This document shows, piece by piece, positions 8,936-18,026 of a stretch of DNA of 30,084 nt. The position numbers were made by a program, and so were the translations under genes. This DNA is from a virus (Duplodnaviria > Heunggongvirae > Uroviricota > Caudoviricetes). The stretch's first letter is position 1, and each line of letters starts with the position of its first letter. The notes below the pieces were generated by a model, which had not been told where the DNA came from, did not search any database, and saw only the letters and a program-made list of their open reading frames with translations. The stretch lies in IMG/VR virus record IMGVR_UViG_3300036945_000956; one strand, 5' to 3'.

Positions 8936-9595
8936 TTAAAAATTTTGTTCACCAAACGGATTCAGTTCACTGAAGTCAATGATAGAATCTGCAACTGTTT
9001 CAATAGTAAAGTTATCGGCCATTGCATCAAATGCTTCAACATTAGCAATAGCAGAGTTTGATGTAAGAACATATGAATTAAACAATGTGTCAATCTCAAG
9101 AACACCAGTACTGAATCGTTCTTGTGAATATTCAAATAGTTCACAACGTAAGTCATATGTCTGTAATTGACCCATCTGATAGAAGATTGCTTCATGCTCA
9201 ACAAATTGTACTTCAAACATTTTACGATTTAATGGAAAGTAAATTAAGTCACCTTCATTTGGTCGAATCTGTTCATCATATAAAGCAACATCTTGGGCAA
9301 ATTTTCTCATTGCAATAGTAAAGGTAATTGTGTCACTGATTCTTAAGCCAAACTTAGATAAGAAGTCACCATCACCACCAAAGCTATCAACGTTCTTAAT
9401 ATAAGCTTCAATCATGAATGCTTTGGTAAATGTTGATAAGTCATCTTCATTTAACAATTCATCTTTAGCAACTAATGTTCTTGGGATATACCAAAGATCG
9501 TGGCCATAAACACGAATTGACTCAATGATCAGATCCTCAATAAGGTTCTGTTCACCTGAGTTTGAAAAGTTTGAGAAATAGAAGTTGGTAGCCAT
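8936..9595 (-). CDS. gp14: Neck protein
   Basis: Motifs EQNLIEDLIIESIRVYG, SKFGL and PNEGDLIYFP. Confidence 0.95.
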   Translation of the reverse strand: MATNFYFSNFSNSGEQNLIEDLIIESIRVYGHDLWYIPRTLVAKDELLNEDDLSTFTKAFMIEAYIKNVDSFGGDGDFLSKFGLRISDTITFTIAMRKFAQDVALYDEQIRPNEGDLIYFPLNRKMFEVQFVEHEAIFYQMGQLQTYDLRCELFEYSQERFSTGVLEIDTLFNSYVLTSNSAIANVEAFDAMADNFTIETVADSIIDFSELNPFGEQNF

Positions 9596-9600
9596 GTAAA

Positions 9601-10344
9601 CTATCCGATCATGTCGTATACGGGCAAGGAATATGACGACAACATTTCTTGTTCCATCTTTGTAAGTTCTTCCTGAGCATCGCCAAGAATCTTTTCACCA
9701 TTGAATTGAACACCGCCAGGAAGTTGCATACCAGAGAACTTGGTAAGATTTGAACCCCACTGATATTTAATCTTAGCAGTTGCATAATTCTGCAACCAAC
9801 GGTCTTTCCATACCTCAGCATAAACTGATGGATCAACAATCTGATATGCTTCAACAATGATATAACTACCAACTGCTAGTCGTTCCCAATTAGTATCAAT
9901 GTAAAGTTTATTCACATTTCTATTATAACGAATTGGTTGTTTTCCGACCAGCATTTGTTCCATAAACTGAATATGTTCCATTGCCATATAGAAATGGAGG
10001 AATTCAAAGTTGACCAATTCATATAGATTATTGAGAACAAATTGGTACTGAACATTAAACATACCAGAACCGGTAGAAAGACTTGATGACAAATCAAAAA
10101 TACTCACAACACCAATGATATTTTCTGGTATTGTAATATACTTGTTTGTTATATCTTGACTTGTGATCTGATACTTATAATATGTTCTTTCGGTACCATC
10201 AAAATGATAGTCATACCAATAATGTAAAGCTTCATCAATACGGTCTTCAACTTGATCATCATCTACGTTAATCTCAATAACTGGTTTACCTAATTTACGT
10301 AGGCAATATTCTTTGAATTGACTTCTTGTTGTAGGTATTGCCAT
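9601..10344 (-). CDS. gp13: Neck protein (head-tail adaptor)
   Basis: Motifs KEYCLRKLGKPVIEINVDDDQVEDRIDEAL and KYQWGSNLTKFSGMQLPGGV. Confidence 0.96.
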   Translation of the reverse strand: MAIPTTRSQFKEYCLRKLGKPVIEINVDDDQVEDRIDEALHYWYDYHFDGTERTYYKYQITSQDITNKYITIPENIIGVVSIFDLSSSLSTGSGMFNVQYQFVLNNLYELVNFEFLHFYMAMEHIQFMEQMLVGKQPIRYNRNVNKLYIDTNWERLAVGSYIIVEAYQIVDPSVYAEVWKDRWLQNYATAKIKYQWGSNLTKFSGMQLPGGVQFNGEKILGDAQEELTKMEQEMLSSYSLPVYDMIG

Positions 10345-11015
10345 TATACTGCCCTCTTTAATCTACCAAAAATAAAATCATTGGGTTTATTTTCAGGTAA
10401 TGCAAATGTTTCTAAAATACCATTATTAAACCATTTTTTACCACTTGGACCTTTAGGTCTATTAGTCGACATTTTTATTTTAGCTTCTTCACTTTGAACA
10501 CGACCTCTGATTTTACCAAGTCTTTTTTCTTTATGTTCTTCACTTTGAGTTACACCATAATGTGGAGAAAGAATCCCTTTTTTACCATACATTGGATTAT
10601 TTTTTCCAACAAATGTACCATTTTTAATTCTTGTTTCTGACATTTTTGTTTTTGAATATTCAGAATGTTTAATATGTTGTTTTACGTTCTCATACAATCT
10701 ACTGTTAATGTATCTATTAGATTTACCTTTCATACACATAACTGCCCAAACCATTTTAGACTTTTTATCACCAACAAGCATTTTTGTGAGCAATATGTGG
10801 CATATAAAATGTTCTCTTGCAGTTAATATAACAATATCATCATTTGATCCGCCAAAAGATTTTGGTATAGAATGATGTTTTTCAACATAAAAATCAATGT
10901 TATGAGAATCCCAATTACGTTCAATAGCTTTATCAATAATAGAAAAATACCAAGTAGTATACTTGTTACGTAGACACCATTCTTTAAACTCAGTTCTTGT
11001 TGTCGGTTGTGCCAT
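10344..11015 (-). mobile_element. Free-standing HNH homing endonuclease with NUMOD3 repeats; N-terminal 16 aa duplicate the gp13 start
   Basis: HNH-type core YVEKHHSIPKSFGGSN..ILTAREHFICH. NUMOD3-like HSEYSKTKMS, QSEEHKEK and QSEEAKIKMS. C-terminal KKWFNNG motif. AGGAGA RBS. Confidence 0.88.
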
Positions 11016-11039
11016 AACGCTCTCCTATCATTTATTAAG

Positions 11040-11047
11040 TATTTATA
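11040..11047 (-). promoter_or_regulatory. T4-type late promoter TATAAATA upstream of the endonuclease and gp13
   Basis: Exact match 25 nt upstream of the ATG at 11015. Confidence 0.85.
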
Positions 11048-11056
11048 TCACACCGG

Positions 11057-11296
11057 TTAAGCCCATACTGCCCTAGGATTCTTTGGTATAACTGAATATT
11101 CATCAAGTGCAGTTAAATCTACACTGCCATCCGTCTTAAGGTTAATATGCCAACCTTCAACACCATGAATTTTACCTAACTCTATGAGAGTATGCACATG
11201 AGATGCGTTAGATATTTCTCCATTTAAAGCAAACCCACATTTGGACAATGCTTCAAGCATTTCTTCTCTTGAAATAAATTTTAGATATCTAATCAT
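11057..11296 (-). CDS. Small protein accompanying the spike gene (possible chaperone)
   Basis: ATGA overlap with the 840-aa gene. The GWHINL...P.NP.AVWA ending is typical of small ORFs that follow such fibres. Confidence 0.65.
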   Translation of the reverse strand: MIRYLKFISREEMLEALSKCGFALNGEISNASHVHTLIELGKIHGVEGWHINLKTDGSVDLTALDEYSVIPKNPRAVWA

Positions 11297-13815
11297 CTGT
11301 CACCAATGAGTGTAAGGTCAGTTTCATTGTTTATAAAGTATGGTATATATATTATTCTTTTTATTCTGCCGTGCATCCAACGATAATTAGAGATTGTTCT
11401 AATTTGGAAACCGATACCAAGTCTATCATAAGGAGTATTTACATATAAATTTATACCACCCGAGACATTAGGATTATATAATGCTTTGTTGATGCCGGTA
11501 GTATTTAATGCGCCATGAGCCTTTCGACCATATACGGTCACGCCTTTAAATGCACGATTAGTTGCATCATCATAACCTACGCCACCTGCAGGCGGATTAT
11601 AGAATCCAACAAAGTTTCTTTCATCTAATCTAAAAAAATCACTAAAAGAGTTGTTATTAGATGTGCCGACAGATACCATTACTTGGTTATCGGTTGAGCC
11701 AGCTTCGCCTAGAATATCAAATTCTGCGTAAAACGTACCCTCTCTTTGATTAAAGAATTGATCAAACGTAGGGTTAAATATTGCTGTAAAATCTGTCCCT
11801 CTTGAAGATGCAACTCCAGTGGTAAATATTGGAGAAGTCATAAATGTTCCACCTTCAAGTTGCATATAATCAACAACTACAGAATCATTAGCATTCATGA
11901 TACGAATACCAATTGACGGATTCGTAATACTGGCGATTAATGATATTCGTTTCCATTTATTTTCTTCAACTGGCATAGTGGTCCATTGAGTACCATCAAT
12001 TGTTAACTGAATATTACCAGAACCAGTTAATCTTTTAATATAAACAGACGCAGTAACACTACCCGAGCCTGTATATAGTTGAGTGACTGTTGCATTATCA
12101 GTATCAGCGACCAACCTACATGCTGTATTTGTGATTCCATCTAAGCCAATTTGATCTCTAAAAACTGACATATTTTGCTTAACCCATACGGTGTTGGTTA
12201 AGTCTCTACACCATTGCGCATAATTGATTCGACCTTCTTCTATAAGAAGTCCATTACTTGTAGTTGATATATTTTGATCATAAGCAGCATATGCATACGA
12301 TGCTGCAATATATGGAGTTGCTACTGATCCTTCTTCAAATTGTATACCAGATACATATGCAATTATAGAATTAGTTCCAGTATATGTTGTATTGCCAGTA
12401 TCATCAGCACCCAATATCATAAACCAGTTAGTACCACCGCCAATGAATGATGTTGTTAAACTGATACGATATACATTATTTCCAAGTGATTCTACAGAAC
12501 CAGAAGTAAAATTTCCGACACCACCGCTTTGAGTAAACACTAAACTATTTGGATTATCAAAATCAAATTGGACTTGCTTAAACGGTGTGCTTGAATATTG
12601 CCTAATAAATAGATATCTTCTGCCAGCGCGTTTAAAAATTAATGAAAATGTTGTCGGATCTGTTGGCCATGGATCAAATCCATCAAATGTATTTCTACCA
12701 ATTGCAAAATAATGTTCAGATGTAGCGGTAGTGTCTTCAGTTAAAGCAAAAAACGGCAAGTTTCCATAAATGGTCGAAATAGTTTCGGTCGGCGTAGTTT
12801 GCGCTGTTAGTCTAACTCCTGCACGATACGAACCGAAACCAGAAAAAGATCGTGTCGAGTAGTCTTCGCTAAATGTTATAAGATTTCTAGCCTTGATTGT
12901 AGTTGGATTTGAATAATCATAACGTGGAACAGATATTACAGCATTTGTTGGGGTGAGTTCCGATTGCGCACCCCAGATATACATACCCGAAACGCCATCT
13001 CCAGTGTATCCGCCAAAGTTATAACTATTCGGCGCTGCAAATGAATTTGTTATTCCAATGGCAGCGCGCTGATCTCCTAGTGGACTATTCACTATTGCGG
13101 ATATTCTATACCAACCGTCGGCAAGAGGTGTTATACTTCCTCCTGCTACTGAGTTCTGTATACCATCACCACGAGTTGTAAATTCTTGTCTTGCTAAATC
13201 ATAAATAATCCATGACCATCGCGTCAAACCTGCACTTCTCATACCAATGTAAACATATCGTTTTTGCCCACCAGATATTTCTTTGACAAAAAATGATATG
13301 GTGTTATTAGGACCAGCACTAGTAACACTACCAGCATTAATTAACGCTTCAGTAATAGCCCCGCTAGATTCTGTAATTCTTGTTGCCTGTGATACACCAT
13401 CTGGCGCTAAAACTGTCGGTTCAAATGCAACAGTTAAGCCAGTTTTATTCCAACTTGCATCGACAAAGTTTTGCGAGTTTAAAAATCTATTAACAGTACC
13501 GACTGATGAAGTTGTCACCTGATAATCAAGTGGTGGATCAGAAAAAGCTGTTTTAAGTAGCCCATCTTTATCAAAATATGTTGCGCTGCTAAAACGACTA
13601 TAGGTAAGAGCGTCCATCACTCTACCTTGACCCTTACCTCTTACAAATCCGCGATCATTTGCAAAATCTAAATCAAGAGTAGAGTTTTGTGTTGGCCAAG
13701 TATTAGACCAAACTGCCGCATTCATTAATCGTCTCGTCGTTGGTCCTCGAGAAAGCCCTGCAGCCACTCGTGCATCATATGTTACCTTTGGACCATAAGA
13801 GAGTTTGCCATCCAT
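11293..13815 (-). CDS. Large spike/fibre protein with three repeated carbohydrate-binding-like jelly-roll modules
   Basis: Motifs LDLDFA..SRFSSATYFDKDGLLKTA, PRYDY and GLLIEEGRIN. Three modules end in WGAQSE, GIQFEEG and YMQLEGG. Confidence 0.7.
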   Translation of the reverse strand: MDGKLSYGPKVTYDARVAAGLSRGPTTRRLMNAAVWSNTWPTQNSTLDLDFANDRGFVRGKGQGRVMDALTYSRFSSATYFDKDGLLKTAFSDPPLDYQVTTSSVGTVNRFLNSQNFVDASWNKTGLTVAFEPTVLAPDGVSQATRITESSGAITEALINAGSVTSAGPNNTISFFVKEISGGQKRYVYIGMRSAGLTRWSWIIYDLARQEFTTRGDGIQNSVAGGSITPLADGWYRISAIVNSPLGDQRAAIGITNSFAAPNSYNFGGYTGDGVSGMYIWGAQSELTPTNAVISVPRYDYSNPTTIKARNLITFSEDYSTRSFSGFGSYRAGVRLTAQTTPTETISTIYGNLPFFALTEDTTATSEHYFAIGRNTFDGFDPWPTDPTTFSLIFKRAGRRYLFIRQYSSTPFKQVQFDFDNPNSLVFTQSGGVGNFTSGSVESLGNNVYRISLTTSFIGGGTNWFMILGADDTGNTTYTGTNSIIAYVSGIQFEEGSVATPYIAASYAYAAYDQNISTTSNGLLIEEGRINYAQWCRDLTNTVWVKQNMSVFRDQIGLDGITNTACRLVADTDNATVTQLYTGSGSVTASVYIKRLTGSGNIQLTIDGTQWTTMPVEENKWKRISLIASITNPSIGIRIMNANDSVVVDYMQLEGGTFMTSPIFTTGVASSRGTDFTAIFNPTFDQFFNQREGTFYAEFDILGEAGSTDNQVMVSVGTSNNNSFSDFFRLDERNFVGFYNPPAGGVGYDDATNRAFKGVTVYGRKAHGALNTTGINKALYNPNVSGGINLYVNTPYDRLGIGFQIRTISNYRWMHGRIKRIIYIPYFINNETDLTLIGDR

Positions 13816-14489
13816 TAGTATTCTTCAATCATTGCAGACACATAAATTTGCGTACCAACAGTAATAGCAGGAACTGATAGTGCAAGTTTTTGCCCTGCTC
13901 TAAGCGGAATAACTCGTTTACCATTTGCATCATACGGTAATGCTTGAAGTAGCGCACCATTTAGTAAATCAATTGCGTTGGCAGTACCAGTGTTACCTGC
14001 GTTGGCTGGAATGTTCACAGCGCCAATCAATCTTGGCTGGTTATCAGTGCCTACAAGCCAGAGTGACATAACTCTTGCAGCAGAATCAAGAGATGAAACG
14101 TTGATTGCTTTTACAACAGAGTCATCAACTGAAGCAGTGTATAACACCTTGTAATATTCAGCGCGTATGTTGAATGTCGATGTTGTTGTTCCACTATCAA
14201 TAGTTGCAGGGTTTGCAGTTGCTGTTGGTGTGACAAGATATGAGCCAGGAACAGTTATAGTGCATGGACCAATGACACGACCATCAGTCACTGTTGCAGT
14301 CCACGCTGCTGCTGCGCCGCCAGTTTGTAGAGTTCCTGCCGCTGCTGTATATGTTCTAGTACCTGCTGTGGAACCTGAACCTACTGCGTTAGGGCTAACT
14401 GCAATCACATTAAGTAAATCAGATGTGACGAACACTACTGTAGGATTCTGTAAAGTTTGTGTAAAGTTTAGATTGGTTGATTTAACCAT
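13815..14489 (-). CDS. Hypothetical virion structural protein
   Basis: Thr/Ala/Gly-rich; TAATG-coupled to the spike gene. Confidence 0.65.
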   Translation of the reverse strand: MVKSTNLNFTQTLQNPTVVFVTSDLLNVIAVSPNAVGSGSTAGTRTYTAAAGTLQTGGAAAAWTATVTDGRVIGPCTITVPGSYLVTPTATANPATIDSGTTTSTFNIRAEYYKVLYTASVDDSVVKAINVSSLDSAARVMSLWLVGTDNQPRLIGAVNIPANAGNTGTANAIDLLNGALLQALPYDANGKRVIPLRAGQKLALSVPAITVGTQIYVSAMIEEY

Positions 14490-14490
14490 T

Positions 14491-14937
14491 TTAGTACCCC
14501 ATTAATGTAAGATTTACTAGATTTCTTAAAGTAGTTATTGAACTGGTTATTGCGGGAATTACAACGTTAGCGGAATTGATTGTAGTAGTAGCTCCAGAAA
14601 TAACTACATTACCACTAAAAAATGAAGTGCCGTTCACACTTAGTTTATGTGTGGGAGATGAGTTGCCAATACCGACGTTGCCCGATAGTTCAGCCAACCT
14701 GACCGTGCCTGTGTCAAGCACTTCAATACTTGGAATACCAGAAATATCATTGACCGCAAAAATTATGCCTGTCATACTATCGGAGATACTGAAGAGTTGT
14801 CCTGTGTTTCCTGAGAAGGAAAGAACATCACTCGTCAGCATACTTGCAATAATAATATTGTTGGAATTTGAATCTACAAAATTCACATTCTGAGTTTGTA
14901 GTCCATTCTTGACTACGAATTTCTTATCGTTTGCCAC
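14491..14937 (-). CDS. Fibre-associated adaptor-type structural protein (GTG start)
   Basis: GGGAGAG RBS. Motifs KKFVVKNGL, GQLFSISDSMTGIIFAVNDISGIPSIEV and GNVGIG..P.HKLSVNG, typical of myovirus fibre proteins. Confidence 0.7.
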   Translation of the reverse strand: MANDKKFVVKNGLQTQNVNFVDSNSNNIIIASMLTSDVLSFSGNTGQLFSISDSMTGIIFAVNDISGIPSIEVLDTGTVRLAELSGNVGIGNSSPTHKLSVNGTSFFSGNVVISGATTTINSANVVIPAITSSITTLRNLVNLTLMGY

Positions 14938-14965
14938 AGATCACTCTCCCCGTTGGCGTTTGTTA

Positions 14966-14973
14966 TATTTATA
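14966..14973 (-). promoter_or_regulatory. T4-type late promoter TATAAATA
   Basis: Exact match overlapping the stop of the upstream ORF, 29 nt before the GTG at 14937. Confidence 0.8.
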
Positions 14974-15223
14974 ATAATTGTATCGGTGTAGTCCATTCAG
15001 GTGTAGAAAGTAAAGCAAGAATTTCTTGATATGTGTATTCTTGACTGATGCCTACAATAGAAGAAACACTTATTGGCATATCGCCTTCATACTTGACAAA
15101 TGTTTTAGTTCCGTCTACATTATAACGACAAGTATTTGGTGCTGTTTCTAACACCTCTGTGAAGTTTACATTTACAACTTCTGATGTAGGAATGACTACA
15201 TATTTTCTATTTTCAAATTCCAT
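14969..15223 (-). CDS. Hypothetical protein, 84 aa (likely start MEFENRKY at 15223)
   Basis: GGAG RBS before the 15223 ATG. The pattern FTEVLET..RY..DGTKTFVKYEG..EIL.LL.TPEWT is one I recognise from small phage proteins next to LamG genes. Confidence 0.7.
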   Translation of the reverse strand: MEFENRKYVVIPTSEVVNVNFTEVLETAPNTCRYNVDGTKTFVKYEGDMPISVSSIVGISQEYTYQEILALLSTPEWTTPIQLL

Positions 15224-15851
15224 AACGGCTCCTTGTTGCGTTGAAGTTTTGTGCAATTTCTGTTAGTGTAAGAGCACGGTGATATACTTGAACAGTAGAA
15301 ATTCTAGATCTTGAATATTCTGATGCAAAAGGATCAGCGCCAACAAAAAATGGTATAGCAGATTTTACACCTGAACTTACACCAGTTGCATTTAATATAC
15401 CGTTTATATAGTAAGAAAAATTTGTATTATTTTTAACGATAGTGACACTTTGCCATGCGTTTGGCGTCATAGGACCGCCAATATTTGTTGGGTAATATTC
15501 AAATCTAGTAGCCGTTATTTTAGTAAAAACTAAAATATTATTCCTATTACCTATTAGCGGAGTAAGGTCAATAACCAATGGATATACCCATGCAGTCCAA
15601 GTAAATGATGTTGTTGCATCCTGCGCTGGTTGTTGATATGCAGTTGATGCATAATCGTTTCCGCCATCAAATATCATAGTACCATTGTTATCGGCGCTAT
15701 ATCCAACGCCATTCACCAATGTAAAATGATTACCATTCCCACTCAAATCAGTCCATGTAGTACCAGTGCCTGGATATGACTTTGCGTTAGCTGCGTCTAA
15801 ATGCAGCACTAACCCGTTTCTTACAATTGATGGTCCGTGTCCTAAACTCAT
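15213..15851 (-). CDS. LamG/concanavalin-A-like lectin domain virion protein (paralogue B)
   Basis: Motifs NGLVLHLDAAN.KSYPGTGTTWTDLSGNGN, FDGGNDY and YHRALT..EI.QNFNA. Confidence 0.85.
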   Translation of the reverse strand: MSLGHGPSIVRNGLVLHLDAANAKSYPGTGTTWTDLSGNGNHFTLVNGVGYSADNNGTMIFDGGNDYASTAYQQPAQDATTSFTWTAWVYPLVIDLTPLIGNRNNILVFTKITATRFEYYPTNIGGPMTPNAWQSVTIVKNNTNFSYYINGILNATGVSSGVKSAIPFFVGADPFASEYSRSRISTVQVYHRALTLTEIAQNFNATRSRYGI

Positions 15852-16450
15852 ATTCCATACCTTCCACGTTGTGCGTTGAAGTTTTGGGTGATTTCTGCTG
15901 CGGTTAATGCACGGTTGTAGATTGATGTCTGCGCTATGTTTCCTGGAAATTGTGTAAATCCAGTCAAAATTCTTCTTGGCATCTGTATTGTTTCTACTCC
16001 TATATTATAAGAACTTATACTAGTGTTCAAATCTAATATTGAAACATTATTTACAAGCATTTCAAATGATGTTCCTCTGTATACACCAACAAGATTATAC
16101 CATTGATTCAATTGCATTACTAACGAACTATATCTTGGCGTATTGTTAAAAATAGTAGGAGAGTAAACAGAAAACACCCAAGGAGATGATCCTGTGCTAG
16201 CTGCAGTGTAAAATAATAGTTTCTCATTACCTATGCATAATATTTGACCATCGCTGACACCTCTAGCAGTATTCTTTAACCATAAATTAATTGTAAAATT
16301 ATTACTATTATTAAAATTTACTGAAGTTGTTGCATAATCATTTGTACCATCAAATACTATGCTGCCGTTATTTGTACTATCATAAGTTGGGCCATTAGTC
16401 AGAGTACCATTATTACCATTCCCACTCAAATCAGTCCATGTAGTACCAGT
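15729..16450. repeat. 39-nt perfect direct repeat (15729-15767 and 16412-16450) shared by the LamG paralogues
   Basis: attaccattcccactcaaatcagtccatgtagtaccagt occurs twice and extends to 55 nt with 2 mismatches. Confidence 0.9.
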
Positions 16451-16534
16451 TCCTGGATACGACTTTACATTAGCAGCATCTAAGTAAAGCACTAATCCAT
16501 TTCTTATAATGTTTGTATTATAAAAAATTGCCAT
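15848..16534 (-). CDS. LamG/concanavalin-A-like lectin domain virion protein (paralogue A)
   Basis: Motifs NGLVLYLDAAN.KSYPGTGTTWTDLSGNGN, FDGTNDY, QWYNLVGV and YNRALTAAEITQNFNA. Confidence 0.85.
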   Translation of the reverse strand: MAIFYNTNIIRNGLVLYLDAANVKSYPGTGTTWTDLSGNGNNGTLTNGPTYDSTNNGSIVFDGTNDYATTSVNFNNSNNFTINLWLKNTARGVSDGQILCIGNEKLLFYTAASTGSSPWVFSVYSPTIFNNTPRYSSLVMQLNQWYNLVGVYRGTSFEMLVNNVSILDLNTSISSYNIGVETIQMPRRILTGFTQFPGNIAQTSIYNRALTAAEITQNFNAQRGRYGI

Positions 16535-16743
16535 TAAACACCGTATTGCTTTGCATAACTCTCAGCCGCACGACTCATTACAAACTGCACATATTCTTCA
16601 TCTGTGTTTAATAGTTCTGGATTTGGACTCTCATTGCCTTCAGCATCTACTGTGGGTGTCAATGCAGCATTATACGCGGCTCTTGCAGATGTAATGCCAA
16701 TCAAATGTGTTTCATCGTTTATTGTAATTGTAAATGTTGTCAT
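16534..16743 (-). CDS. Hypothetical protein, 69 aa (fibre-associated)
   Basis: AAGGA RBS; TAATG-coupled to the LamG gene. Confidence 0.7.
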   Translation of the reverse strand: MTTFTITINDETHLIGITSARAAYNAALTPTVDAEGNESPNPELLNTDEEYVQFVMSRAAESYAKQYGV

Positions 16744-16752
16744 AATAATTCC

Positions 16753-17973
16753 TTACGCTACCATTAGTGTTTCTGATATTTTATATTGTGTTGAGTTTGC
16801 TGTTGTATTAGTTACCATCAGTCTGACGTTACCAGATAATATATCAACATCATAAGTTACGAATGATAAGCTTCCGGTAAACACTACACCATATTCCGTT
16901 GCTGATGCTGTTGTTCCATTATGTGCAACAAGTAATTCTGATATTTGAACTTCACCAGTTACGCTATTGTATGCTTGAACAACCAATTTACCTGAACGGA
17001 ATGATGCAACAGCAAATGATGCAACCTGTGTTTTTGTGACTGTTGCGAGTGTAATTGCTTCCGAACTTAGGGTTACAGATGAGTTTACTCTAATATCACC
17101 AGCAACATCAAGTTTTGCCGTTGGAGTTACACCGATACCTACGTTACCGCCAATTAAGTTGATATTTCTTAAAGTACCAGTGCCTGCATTTTCGGTTCCA
17201 ATTTCAAGAACGTTAGTATTCCAGCCAATCTTGGCACGTTCATAGTTTGATGCATCGGTATATGTCCCATAAATACGAGATGTTTGCGCGTTTGTGCCAT
17301 TACGTTGAGCAAGAGTGTTGGATGCATCGCGTTCTATTCTAATATCTGGGTCGTACAGGTTACTACCTAGATTAAAAGAAAAACTTGTTATTCCACCACT
17401 GCTAATTACAGCTTTTGTTCCGCCTCCAGTGAAAATTAATGCATTATCTCCGTTAGCTCCAAATCCAGCCTGAGTGTTCCATATAAATGGCTGAGATGCC
17501 CAAGGCATGATTATGACCCCAGCTTTAGTCACACTAAACTTACTAGCTCCACCGACTTGCAAGTTCATCAATAAACTGGCCGCATTACTTGCTGTATCGG
17601 TCACATTCGATTTGATGTGAGTAAAGGTTGTGCCGGCATTATTCCAAGTTTCTGCTAGATCAAGTTTTGAACTTGGTGCAGTAACACCAATACCGAAGTT
17701 GCCATTCGCTGCAAGTCGTGCTTTTTCAGTCCCTTCTGTAAAGAACTGTATAATACCGCCAGTGTTGGCAGATTGCCCAATTTGCACAATGCTGTTGTTG
17801 GCGTTAGAATATACTTCAGAAAAACCAATAATACTTTCAGTGCCACTAACATTCTTTTTAAGAAATAGTTTACCATCGTATGTATTAAGAGCAATCTCTC
17901 CAAGAGCAAGATCAGTCGTTAAAGGAACTTTGTTCTGAACAGCACTTCGTTTTAGCGTAATATTTGTTGACAT
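16753..17973 (-). CDS. Tail-fibre-like protein with Mtd-N-type N-terminus
   Basis: Motif ITLKRSAVQNKVP..DLALGEIALNTYDGKLFLK and repeated GNFGIG/GNVGIG..P..KLDV units. Confidence 0.75.
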   Translation of the reverse strand: MSTNITLKRSAVQNKVPLTTDLALGEIALNTYDGKLFLKKNVSGTESIIGFSEVYSNANNSIVQIGQSANTGGIIQFFTEGTEKARLAANGNFGIGVTAPSSKLDLAETWNNAGTTFTHIKSNVTDTASNAASLLMNLQVGGASKFSVTKAGVIIMPWASQPFIWNTQAGFGANGDNALIFTGGGTKAVISSGGITSFSFNLGSNLYDPDIRIERDASNTLAQRNGTNAQTSRIYGTYTDASNYERAKIGWNTNVLEIGTENAGTGTLRNINLIGGNVGIGVTPTAKLDVAGDIRVNSSVTLSSEAITLATVTKTQVASFAVASFRSGKLVVQAYNSVTGEVQISELLVAHNGTTASATEYGVVFTGSLSFVTYDVDILSGNVRLMVTNTTANSTQYKISETLMVA

Positions 17974-18026
17974 ATGTCTTTCACCGTTATATAATGTCTA
18001 TATAGACTATGGAATAATAGGAATGG

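Noticed and set aside
10344-11015. Group I intron interrupting gp13
   Set aside because: The downstream gp13 has its own ATG, RBS and full N-terminus, the endonuclease is in frame from the upstream ATG, and there is no non-coding room for a ribozyme core.
15213-16534. Diversity-generating retroelement TR/VR pair
   Set aside because: The repeats are in N-terminal coding parts of two genes, the few mismatches are not a clear adenine-specific pattern, and no reverse transcriptase is in the window.
17996-18007. 12-bp palindrome GTCTATATAGAC in an intergenic gap
   Set aside because: A single, short, AT-rich instance with no U-tract or second copy, so it cannot be distinguished from chance.
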